Positions 28,071 to 36,526 of a DNA stretch of 44,229 nt are shown piece by piece; the first letter of the stretch is position 1; each line of letters starts with the position of its first letter. The stretch is from NCBI GenBank assembly GCA_051747585.1, contig JBNJGH010000019.1, forward strand, positions 1 through 44,229, given 5' to 3'. This stretch comes from Candidatus Rifleibacteriota bacterium. Lineage in GTDB: Bacteria > Muiribacteriota > Ozemobacteria > Ozemobacterales > Ozemobacteraceae. A program made the translations under genes and the position numbers. The notes below the pieces were generated by a model that searched no databases, was not told the origin of the DNA, and saw only the letters and a program-made list of their open reading frames with translations.

Positions 28071-29051
28071 ATGAAAAAAACAATCAAATTAATAATCACA
28101 TTGTTTCTTCTTACTGCTTCTATTGCCTATACCAAGGTTTTAACAATTGAAAAAATTAATCATCCAATTCTCGAGAAAAAAAGAATTTGTGCCGTAGCGA
28201 GCAAAGGCAGGCAAACTGTATGGGCCACCCACAATCAGATTATCTATAAACATGGCAAAAAAAAATTTCAGGTGTTTGATCCAACCAATTCTCCGTTGGT
28301 TGAAGCCGCCGATATTTCAGATGTGGCAATCTGCAACAAAGAAATCTGGGTAACTCAGATTAACGCAACAAATGGTTATGGAATTTTTCATTACGACGGC
28401 AAAGAATGGCACTCATACCAGAAGCCCACAACAGAAGGCATACTAAACAACAGAATAATAAAAATTCACGTCGATTCAGACGATGTCATCTGGTTTGGCC
28501 ACGAAAACCAGGGAATCAGCCGGATGGTTGAAAATGTACCAATGCATTTTGCCAACCAGAAAATAGTTCACCTTTTCGACAATCGGCTTCTGAATCTTTA
28601 CATGCAGGTAACCCATCTATGGATAGGAACAAGCAACGGAATTGCCAGGTACCGCAGCGAAATTGAGTCTAATTATTACTTGAATATCGATATCTGGAAA
28701 TACCCTGAGTTCCCGGCAAGAGCTGCATACAGTATAACCGGCTATGGTTACGATGACATAGTCGCCGGCACCGATACCGGTCTTGCAATATACAATGGCA
28801 AGGACTGGCGCATGCTAAAAAAGAAAGCCGGAATTAAAGCGTTACCTGCGCGATGCCTCTTGACCGATAACAATTCGATCTGGATAGGCAGCCCGATTGG
28901 CTTACAAAAATGGAACCCGAACAAAGCATCAGAACTCATAACTTCAAGGGATGGCCTACCGGGAAATCGAATAAATGATTTTTGCCTCGACAACGAAAAT
29001 AATTTACTAGTTGCCACCAACAAAGGCGCGGCAATAATAAAACAAAATTAA
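28071..29051 (+). CDS. Exported beta-propeller protein
   Basis: Signal peptide. Repeats DSDDVIWFGHENQGIS, LWIGTSNGIA, IWIGSPIGL, DGLPGNRI, LLVATNKG. Confidence 0.82.
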   Translation: MKKTIKLIITLFLLTASIAYTKVLTIEKINHPILEKKRICAVASKGRQTVWATHNQIIYKHGKKKFQVFDPTNSPLVEAADISDVAICNKEIWVTQINATNGYGIFHYDGKEWHSYQKPTTEGILNNRIIKIHVDSDDVIWFGHENQGISRMVENVPMHFANQKIVHLFDNRLLNLYMQVTHLWIGTSNGIARYRSEIESNYYLNIDIWKYPEFPARAAYSITGYGYDDIVAGTDTGLAIYNGKDWRMLKKKAGIKALPARCLLTDNNSIWIGSPIGLQKWNPNKASELITSRDGLPGNRINDFCLDNENNLLVATNKGAAIIKQN

Positions 29052-30277
29052 GGTTCGCCCTGAATAAGAGAGTGATAGGTAAGTTTGCCTTTTCGCTTTA
29101 AAAACACTCTTGCGGCTTCATTTATCAGGGTTTCTTTGTCGATATATTTGTCTGTTTCAAGAAAAACCCTTTCGGAATAATGTTGTGGCGTCAAAAGAAA
29201 AAAATGCCTGACAAAAGGCGGTTCTTTTAGCTTTGCCAAAGCTTCAGGCACCTTTTCAGTCCAGAAAGAATCACTTTCATTTTCAGTTGTTTCTTTTAAT
29301 GACATGTCTTTGTCATCTACTTTCTGGCTTTGGCTTTCATTGGCATCTCCAGCATTATCAGCCTCTACCTTTGCCTCATCTGCTTGATTTAAAGCTTTGT
29401 CGTTAATTTCAGCTGCCGCTTTTTCGCCAAAGTGCATTTTATACCAGCGGGGATAAACTCTATATGCAGCAGGCGACAAAAAGAAACGGGCAATTTTTCC
29501 GGTTTTTCGATGACTGCTTCTAAAAGTGTGCTCACGATTAACCAACAGCAGATCTTCTGCCAGTTTTTCTTTGTTTATCAGATAATCAGGTTCACTCATT
29601 TTCCTGATCTTCCAGCATTGTTTTACCAGACGACGACGCAGATCCTCTCTTACGTCATCAGTCATTTTACCAGCTTCCTGTTCGGTTATTTTTAGAACAT
29701 GATCGACGAATGCCTGGCCATGTTTTTCCCAGGTTGCTTTCGGCGTGTTTCTGATAAGTTCGAGAGCCGGCATAAGTCTGGTACTGGCTGCCGCCTGGCC
29801 TGCCCGGATTGGATTTTCGAAGTCAACCTCAGGAACGATGCAGGGAACGAATTCCCAGAATATGTCCTGTTGTCCGGGGGTCAGGGCTCTTTGAATTTCT
29901 TCTTCCATTGAGGCAATTTTATCTAGAGCATTTCCAACAATGTTATGTGCTTTTTCATCATACTCGACAACTTCTTCGCGCATAGTTGGCGGAGCTTCGG
30001 GCAAAGCGTTAAAAAGGGCCTCGCGCAACGCTTCATATTTTTCGACCATATTTAAGGCTTTAACTTCTTCTAAAGCCTGCTGTCTTACTTTTTGTGCTCT
30101 TATGGTTAATCTATAAATATTATCTGCCTGTTCTCTGGTCAAATAAAGTCCCCGCAGAAGATTAACTATTGAAACTTCTTCTATAACCTGTCCCATTCGA
30201 TCTATGTATGGGTCTGCCAAAGCACTGCCGGCAGAAAATATAAAAACAACAAGCAATAAACTTAAAATTTTTCGCAT
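29048..30277 (-). CDS. Exported helical protein with two LTxxQ motifs (Spy/CpxP-like N-terminal half)
   Basis: Start moved to ATG 30277 (GGAGG upstream). Signal peptide MRKILSLLLVVFIFSAGSALA|D. LTREQ at aa 46-50 and LTPGQ at aa 132-136. Confidence 0.7.
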   Translation of the reverse strand: MRKILSLLLVVFIFSAGSALADPYIDRMGQVIEEVSIVNLLRGLYLTREQADNIYRLTIRAQKVRQQALEEVKALNMVEKYEALREALFNALPEAPPTMREEVVEYDEKAHNIVGNALDKIASMEEEIQRALTPGQQDIFWEFVPCIVPEVDFENPIRAGQAAASTRLMPALELIRNTPKATWEKHGQAFVDHVLKITEQEAGKMTDDVREDLRRRLVKQCWKIRKMSEPDYLINKEKLAEDLLLVNREHTFRSSHRKTGKIARFFLSPAAYRVYPRWYKMHFGEKAAAEINDKALNQADEAKVEADNAGDANESQSQKVDDKDMSLKETTENESDSFWTEKVPEALAKLKEPPFVRHFFLLTPQHYSERVFLETDKYIDKETLINEAARVFLKRKGKLTYHSLIQGEP

Positions 30278-30290
30278 TTTATTCCCTCCA

Positions 30291-31433
30291 TCAAAGTCCA
30301 ACATTTCCGTTGGGCAAATCATCGAGCCAGACCCCGGGCAATTTATAACCACAGTCAGGGCACTTACCCCGTTTCAATAAAGAATGCAACACCTGAAAAC
30401 TAAGTCGTTCGATTACTTTTTTTCCGCATTGAGGGCAATAGGTATGATTGCCTTCCTGTCCGGGGTTGTTTCCGGTATAAACAAATTTAATTCCGGCCTC
30501 CAAGGCCAGATTTCTCGCTGATTCCAAAGAAGAATTCGGTGTCGGCGGCAGGTTTTTCAATTTAAATTCGGGGACAAACCTGGTAAAGTGCCACGGAATG
30601 TCAGTTCCCAGGTTTTCTCTGAACCATTTAACTCCCTGTAATATATGATCTTTTGAATCGTTTCGACCGGGTATAAGCAAAGAAACAACTTCAAAATGTC
30701 GATTCGCTTCTTTTAAAGTCAACAGAGTTTGTTGAACCGGCTTTAACAGCCCGGATATGGTTTGACTGTAAAAATCCTGGGTAAAACCTTTCAAACCGAC
30801 AACAAACATGTCTATAAGTTCTAACAGGTCTTTTAAGGGCTCTTCTTTAATGTAACCTGCAGTTACCATTATAGTTTTGATATTGTTTTTTCTGGCCAGT
30901 TTTGCCACATCTTTCATGAATTCAATATAGATTACAGGCTCGGTATAAAAGAATGCTATAGTGCCGGATTTAAAATCGAGAGCCCTTACAACTACGTCTT
31001 CGGGTGTCATTGTAAAATTTGTGGTTTCTGCCGGCGTTTTTTGCGAAAATTGCCAATTTTGACAATACTGACAAGCAAGATTACAACCTGCGGTAGAAAT
31101 TGATAAGGCCGGGCTTTTAACATGATAATGAAACAAAGGCATTTTTTCGACTGGATCAACCGCAATAACACATGGAAGACCATAAACCAGGCTGCGGTAT
31201 TTACCATTACGAACTCCACGGGCGCGACAAATTCCATTCTCGCCCTCAGTAAGATTACAGCCGTTGGGGCAAAGATTACATTGCCAGGCACCCGATGACA
31301 GCTTTTCTGCATATTCGGCCAGATGATGACTTTCTTCACCGGCATATAGTTTCAACCTGTTCCCCAGGCACAGGGTTCCACCAGCCAACGCCGTAAGAGT
31401 TAAAAATTTTCTACGGTTTAATGATTCAACCAT
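30291..31433 (-). CDS. amrS: AmmeMemoRadiSam-system-type radical SAM enzyme with twin-arginine signal
   Basis: CNLCPNGC...GICRAR, DPVEKMPLFH, GCNLACQYCQNWQFSQ (CxxxCxxC), HFTRFVP, C-terminal CPQCG/CPDCG. N-terminus NRRKFL plus a hydrophobic stretch. Confidence 0.88.
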   Translation of the reverse strand: MVESLNRRKFLTLTALAGGTLCLGNRLKLYAGEESHHLAEYAEKLSSGAWQCNLCPNGCNLTEGENGICRARGVRNGKYRSLVYGLPCVIAVDPVEKMPLFHYHVKSPALSISTAGCNLACQYCQNWQFSQKTPAETTNFTMTPEDVVVRALDFKSGTIAFFYTEPVIYIEFMKDVAKLARKNNIKTIMVTAGYIKEEPLKDLLELIDMFVVGLKGFTQDFYSQTISGLLKPVQQTLLTLKEANRHFEVVSLLIPGRNDSKDHILQGVKWFRENLGTDIPWHFTRFVPEFKLKNLPPTPNSSLESARNLALEAGIKFVYTGNNPGQEGNHTYCPQCGKKVIERLSFQVLHSLLKRGKCPDCGYKLPGVWLDDLPNGNVGL

Positions 31434-31629
31434 TTTTGTATCCTTAGCTATCGTTCTATACTAAATTATACTGAATTCAGCCGCCTTTTGTTGCTTAAAT
31501 AATTCAAATTTTATCGAAAAAAAAATGTCTTTAAACGCATTAACAATATTAAATGAACAACTACTTAAAAACAGGGCTAAAGATTGCGCCGCATCATAGT
31601 TTCTGATAATCTTTATTAATAAGGATTTT

Positions 31630-32562
31630 ATGTTAAAACTCAAATCAAAAACCAGCGCCTTCACCCTGATCGAAATCATGCTGGCTATGGCTATTCTTGC
31701 CGCCACCATGGTACCGGTCTTCTTTTTCATGAGCAAAGGCGCATCAGAAACAGACTTTAACGTTTCAAGAATGTTTGCAATAAGCAGGGCCTCAGAAATA
31801 CTTAACGCCATGCTCGACAATGTGCCATTTCAGGCACTTAGAGCCGGCATTCCCGGATTTATTAAAGTCAGTGACTTGACAGATGTAAATGGTTACAAAA
31901 AATATGACCAGGCCTGGGCTGAAAAATTTGTGAACACGGTTTTTCCCGGCAGTGAAGAAACTGCGGTTGGCTTTCCCTGCCAATGCATAGTGAAGGATCC
32001 AAGAGGAATACATTACAAAATTACCTTACGAGTAGAAGACATAGTCGGAATCTCAGACGACATGACTCCTGAAAAGCTAAAAATAGGTGACGATTTTCCG
32101 GATAGTGCCCCTGCCGGATTTGCTGATCTAGACACAAAAGAGCTGACTTTTTCCTATCTTAAAAATCCGGCTCGACTTTTAAGCCCAACCTGGCACCAGA
32201 TAACATATCTGCCCAATCCTATGGGTATGTTGCCTAAAGCAGATGAATATCGCTTTGAGCTTGAGCTGCCACAAAAAGTTTCAGAAAATCCCGAAAATTT
32301 TTATATCGACGATGGTTATGCCTCTTATCACCCGGATGCCCCAAGGTTTGTAAATCCTACCGCAGTAAGATTAACTCAGAGAATGGCCAGAGCCGAGGTT
32401 GATTATACCGATGATGAAGATGTTAAATACTGCGGTATGAAACGCTTGATTATTGAAATTCAATGGAACATGGATCTCGGTCACCTTGACGACCCTGAAC
32501 ACCAAAGCACCGGATTAAAAAGAATTCACCTCATGACTCTAAAGGCAGATGTCAATGTTTAA
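31630..32562 (+). CDS. PilV-like prepilin with large insertions (310 aa)
   Basis: KTSA|FTLIEIMLAMAIL: class III signal with Phe1 and Glu5. Confidence 0.88.
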   Translation: MLKLKSKTSAFTLIEIMLAMAILAATMVPVFFFMSKGASETDFNVSRMFAISRASEILNAMLDNVPFQALRAGIPGFIKVSDLTDVNGYKKYDQAWAEKFVNTVFPGSEETAVGFPCQCIVKDPRGIHYKITLRVEDIVGISDDMTPEKLKIGDDFPDSAPAGFADLDTKELTFSYLKNPARLLSPTWHQITYLPNPMGMLPKADEYRFELELPQKVSENPENFYIDDGYASYHPDAPRFVNPTAVRLTQRMARAEVDYTDDEDVKYCGMKRLIIEIQWNMDLGHLDDPEHQSTGLKRIHLMTLKADVNV

Positions 32563-33430
32563 ACCGGGTTTTAACAAAAGAGGAATGGCAATAGTTATAG
32601 TCTTATTCTTTTCTCTTATTCTATCATTTCTGTTGGCCTCAATGTTTTTTCACCATCGCAGCGTGGCGGGCCGTAATAAAATATCATTGCGGAACCAGCA
32701 GGCCTACTTTGCTGCCCGATCTGCTATGCAGCACCTGCTTCTCAAAGCCCGCCTTTTTCCGACCGAACTTTATGATGCCGTTGAGTTTCAACAGGGAAAA
32801 AACCCTTATATGGATTTCACCGAATTTCCCTTTAGAAATAAAGATGGCGATGCCGCCTTTGCCGAAATTCCAGCCTATTCCGGAGTTTATAAACGCATAA
32901 TTCCCAAAGAAACCGACAGCTCAGGTAGAATCAAATACTTTTATCTTCCGGTAAAAGAAGAAGGCGGAGAGCCAAAAGCCCTGATAAGAATGGCAAGTTA
33001 TTACAATGCTTTCTACCGTTATCTTGCACCGGGACTTGCACCCGCAGCAGCCCCAGAAAAATATATAGAGCCCGACAACAGTGCATACGCTGCCAATAAT
33101 CCCGACAAATTTGTCAGATACTTTGTTCGAGACTGCACCAATGATCTGGTAGACGGCAAATTGCTCCAACCAGCATTAAAAACCGAGAAAGCAAGTGGAC
33201 TCGAAACAGAACAAACCTGGAATATAAACAGCGATAGTTATCCTTATACCATGAATTACCGGATTAAGTCTGTTTCAATAAAAGCAATCGAGGGTTTGAG
33301 ACGTTATAACGAAGAAGCAATCGAGATTGAATGTGAGGGCAACATAATTGATTTTCAAGGTCAACCGGCAACCAATTCTTTCAAAGAAGTCAAAAAAATT
33401 ACCAGAACAGGACAACACCTTCTCGACTGA
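32549..33430 (+). CDS. PilX-like minor (pseudo)pilin (293 aa)
   Basis: NKRG|MAIVIVLFFSLIL...QQAYFAARSAMQH. Overlaps the upstream prepilin gene by 14 nt. Confidence 0.78.
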   Translation: MSMFKPGFNKRGMAIVIVLFFSLILSFLLASMFFHHRSVAGRNKISLRNQQAYFAARSAMQHLLLKARLFPTELYDAVEFQQGKNPYMDFTEFPFRNKDGDAAFAEIPAYSGVYKRIIPKETDSSGRIKYFYLPVKEEGGEPKALIRMASYYNAFYRYLAPGLAPAAAPEKYIEPDNSAYAANNPDKFVRYFVRDCTNDLVDGKLLQPALKTEKASGLETEQTWNINSDSYPYTMNYRIKSVSIKAIEGLRRYNEEAIEIECEGNIIDFQGQPATNSFKEVKKITRTGQHLLD

Positions 33431-35631
33431 TGATTAGAACCAGACCAGTTTCTTCAATTTCGCTGGCTGTCATGGCCGCCATAGTAGGCTTCGCCGCCAA
33501 TCTTGCTCAAGTAAGTCTATTTCGATTTTTTATGGGCTGGTTTTATGGTACCGAAATGCACCTGGGTATTTTTCTTGCAATCTGGCTTTCAGGGATTTCA
33601 TTGGGAGGGATAATAAGCGGTCACAAATCTTTCAGACCAACCTTTATTTTAAATTTTATTGTAATCACCACCATTTTTGCGTTTACCGCTTTGTTTTTCG
33701 GCCATAATATGCTTCCCGATCCTGAAGGCGGTTTTTTATCTTTTCAGCCGGTTATGCTTTTTATGCTGATTTGTGTATTTCCCGTTTCTTTCATAATAGG
33801 CATGCTTCTACCGGTAATGATTAATCAGCGCAACGAAAGCCTTGGTATTTACTACGGCTATGAAGCTATTGGCGGATTTTGCGGCGGCGTCTTCTTTTCG
33901 GTGCTGCTTGGGGGAACTGCAAACTCCATTCTATGCCTGATCAGTCTGCCGATAATAATCACAACCGCACTTATCATTTATAAGCCCGGAAAAATTAAAG
34001 CAGTGATCTTACTATTTTTATTAATTCCTTTGATTCATTTTTTCGGCCCGGATCTAGCGCAGACGATAGAAAAAAACTACTGGCAACTCATAAACCCGAC
34101 CTTAAAACTTGAAAAAAATTGCGACACACCCTATCAAAAACTGCAGCTGGCTTCTTACTATGAACAGAAAAGTCTTTACAGCAACGGCATGTTTTCGTGT
34201 TCATGGCCGGTAACTGAAGCTGCTGAAGAAACTGTTCACAGCTTTGTCAGTGCACTGAAAAACTATGAGCAGGTTCTGGTTATAGGTGCTCCACCACCGG
34301 ATATTGTTAAAGAATTTTTGAAATATCCCGGACTCACGCTAAGCATTGTCGAGCTTGATAAAACTCTTATTGAACTCTTTGATTATTCGAAAGCAACCTC
34401 GAATAAAATCAATATTTTCGCTCAAGACCCCAGAAGCTTCTTAAATGATACTCAACGCAAGTTTGATGGCATAATGATTTATCCGGTGTCTCCGGTTACG
34501 CTTTCGGGAAACCGTCTTTTTACGATTGAAGCTCTTAAATCCGCTTCATCCTGTCTGAAACCGGAAGGTGTATTGTCTTTGAGAGTTTCGGGAAGTGAAA
34601 ATTATCTTGGCTCGATCAAAGAACAGATACTGCTTTCTACCTGGCAGAGTCTTGGTTCGATTTTTAAAGACAGATTCGCATTCCCCGGCCCAACCGTCAC
34701 CTTCTTTGCCAGTCAGGATGAAAATATTATTCCCAAAAACATAAAAGGTTACATGAAGCGATTCAAAGATCGCAAAATACAAACCATGACCTTTTATCCA
34801 ATGAGTTTTTTCAATCTGCTGCAGCCATTTAGAGTTAAAGAGCTGACCACGTGGTTTAATCGACCTGTTGAAGTTCAACCGAATACTGACGAGCATCCGG
34901 CCAGTTTTATTCAGCAACTTCGACTCTGGAACATTTATAGCGGTGCATCTCTTAACAAGCTCATTGGCTGGCTACAACAAATAAATTTCAAGCAGATTTT
35001 CACAACAATTTTTGTTGCTACCATCATTCTTACCGGCATTCTTTTACTTTTAACCCCCTCAAACGCCCTGTCAACTTCAATTGGACTGGGAGTCTCGATA
35101 AGTGGTGCCACCGGGCTTTTAAGTGAAATTATTTTAATTCTTCTTTATCAGAACAGCCATGGAGCAGCTTATTTAATGTCGGCTCTATTTTTCGGAGTCT
35201 ATATGCTTGGACTGGCGAGCGGAGCCTGGCTTTTTGGTCGTATTAAACAAAGCGGGGCAGCACTTACCAGATTAAAATTTGTTAAATTCATGCAGATAGT
35301 TTTTACTTTACTGGGTGTATTGTTTGTCGATATGACAAGTTTTCACAGTGCGGCGCTAATTGCCATTGCCATTTTTGTTATAGCTTTTCTGGATGGAATT
35401 GAATTTCCCGTAGCCGACCACCTGCTTAAAGCAGCAGGAAAAAAACCACCTGCCTCTGCGGGGATGCTGCTTTTTGCCGATAACAGCGGTGCTCTGGTCG
35501 CCGGTTTACTCAGCGGACTCTGGTTGCTGCCGGCTATAGGTTTTAAAGGCAGCTTTTACCTTCTTGGCTCAATGCTGACGGCAAACCTGATTGTTCTACT
35601 CATTATTTCAAAAAAGCAGCAAAAGATTTAG
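33430..35631 (+). CDS. Spermidine-synthase-like membrane protein (TM bundle - Rossmann-like domain - TM bundle), degenerate motifs
   Basis: DTPYQKL, VLVIG, IVELD, DPRSFL, LFTIE, LKPEG, NTDEHP between two multi-TM regions. TGATG coupling to the upstream gene. Confidence 0.8.
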   Translation: MIRTRPVSSISLAVMAAIVGFAANLAQVSLFRFFMGWFYGTEMHLGIFLAIWLSGISLGGIISGHKSFRPTFILNFIVITTIFAFTALFFGHNMLPDPEGGFLSFQPVMLFMLICVFPVSFIIGMLLPVMINQRNESLGIYYGYEAIGGFCGGVFFSVLLGGTANSILCLISLPIIITTALIIYKPGKIKAVILLFLLIPLIHFFGPDLAQTIEKNYWQLINPTLKLEKNCDTPYQKLQLASYYEQKSLYSNGMFSCSWPVTEAAEETVHSFVSALKNYEQVLVIGAPPPDIVKEFLKYPGLTLSIVELDKTLIELFDYSKATSNKINIFAQDPRSFLNDTQRKFDGIMIYPVSPVTLSGNRLFTIEALKSASSCLKPEGVLSLRVSGSENYLGSIKEQILLSTWQSLGSIFKDRFAFPGPTVTFFASQDENIIPKNIKGYMKRFKDRKIQTMTFYPMSFFNLLQPFRVKELTTWFNRPVEVQPNTDEHPASFIQQLRLWNIYSGASLNKLIGWLQQINFKQIFTTIFVATIILTGILLLLTPSNALSTSIGLGVSISGATGLLSEIILILLYQNSHGAAYLMSALFFGVYMLGLASGAWLFGRIKQSGAALTRLKFVKFMQIVFTLLGVLFVDMTSFHSAALIAIAIFVIAFLDGIEFPVADHLLKAAGKKPPASAGMLLFADNSGALVAGLLSGLWLLPAIGFKGSFYLLGSMLTANLIVLLIISKKQQKI

Positions 35632-36504
35632 TTATTTGCGTTCGGGAAAAAGCTTTTGATACAGACTGTTTATTCTACGTAATCTATGATTTACTGCCGA
35701 CTTACTTAAATGTGGAACAAATCGACTGCCCAACTTTTCTATACTGTCGTAAGGATATTTTAACCGCAATAAAGCGGTTTCTTTTAATGCGGCTGTCCAG
35801 AAATCTTGATCAGAATAATTTAACAATTTATTAATGCGTAATATGCTTTTTTCAGCGGCGCTGACAATTCTGTTTATATTAGCGGTCTCTGAGTTTACCT
35901 GTCGGTTGACGCGAGAAAGAATTTTGCGGGTAGCAATAAAGTCTGAAAGTTCCAGGGCTTTAGTAAAAACACCCATTTTTTTTAAAAATTTAATTATTCT
36001 GCGGCTACTTTTTGTATAAAAGATATAGTAATTCTTTTTTTTAAAGCTGCTGAAACGCATTTTTAATGCTCGAGCAGTTTTTAAAAAGGCTGCCTTAAGC
36101 CAGCGACTTTTAATTCTAATCTCGAGATGATAGCCCTGCCCCGGGTTCTGCACATATCCATGTGACAAAAAAATCCCCTGCATAAAGGCAGTTTGACAAT
36201 GTTTGGGCTTGTCTGAGCCAACTTCAAATCGGTAAAATCTTTCTACATAATTTTTTCGCAGTCTGATAATATCAATATTGGTCAAATAAACCCGACAACC
36301 TTTTACTTTCAGCTGCGAATTCTTGATTTCTGAACTGGATAAAAAATCAATCAAATTATCAATAAGCGGAGCCGAGACCCTTATATAAGAAGAACCTTTA
36401 GATCCGGTAAAAGCTGCCGCCAAAAAAGACTCTCTACAGCATTTCATCTGCAGTTCATTTTGCAAAAGCTCTTTTTTTACCCGGTTTGAATAATCGGCAC
36501 GCAG
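35632..36504 (-). CDS. whiA: WhiA family DNA-binding protein
   Basis: CC, G.FL..G....P...YHLEI, NRQVNSETANI, SKSAVNHRLR. Follows yvcK. The start is placed tentatively at CTG 36504 (first NTG in the track is 36465). Confidence 0.9.
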   Translation of the reverse strand: MRADYSNRVKKELLQNELQMKCCRESFLAAAFTGSKGSSYIRVSAPLIDNLIDFLSSSEIKNSQLKVKGCRVYLTNIDIIRLRKNYVERFYRFEVGSDKPKHCQTAFMQGIFLSHGYVQNPGQGYHLEIRIKSRWLKAAFLKTARALKMRFSSFKKKNYYIFYTKSSRRIIKFLKKMGVFTKALELSDFIATRKILSRVNRQVNSETANINRIVSAAEKSILRINKLLNYSDQDFWTAALKETALLRLKYPYDSIEKLGSRFVPHLSKSAVNHRLRRINSLYQKLFPERK

Positions 36505-36526
36505 AATTACAACACCTCGATCTAAT

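Noticed and set aside
31461..31820. 119-aa minus-strand ORF between amrS and the prepilin
   Set aside because: It is mostly antisense to the prepilin N-terminus and spans the divergent promoter region.
22683..35631. Region as a prophage, genomic island or defence locus
   Set aside because: No integrase, att-like repeats, phage structural or nuclease motifs were seen, and there is no obvious compositional break by eye.
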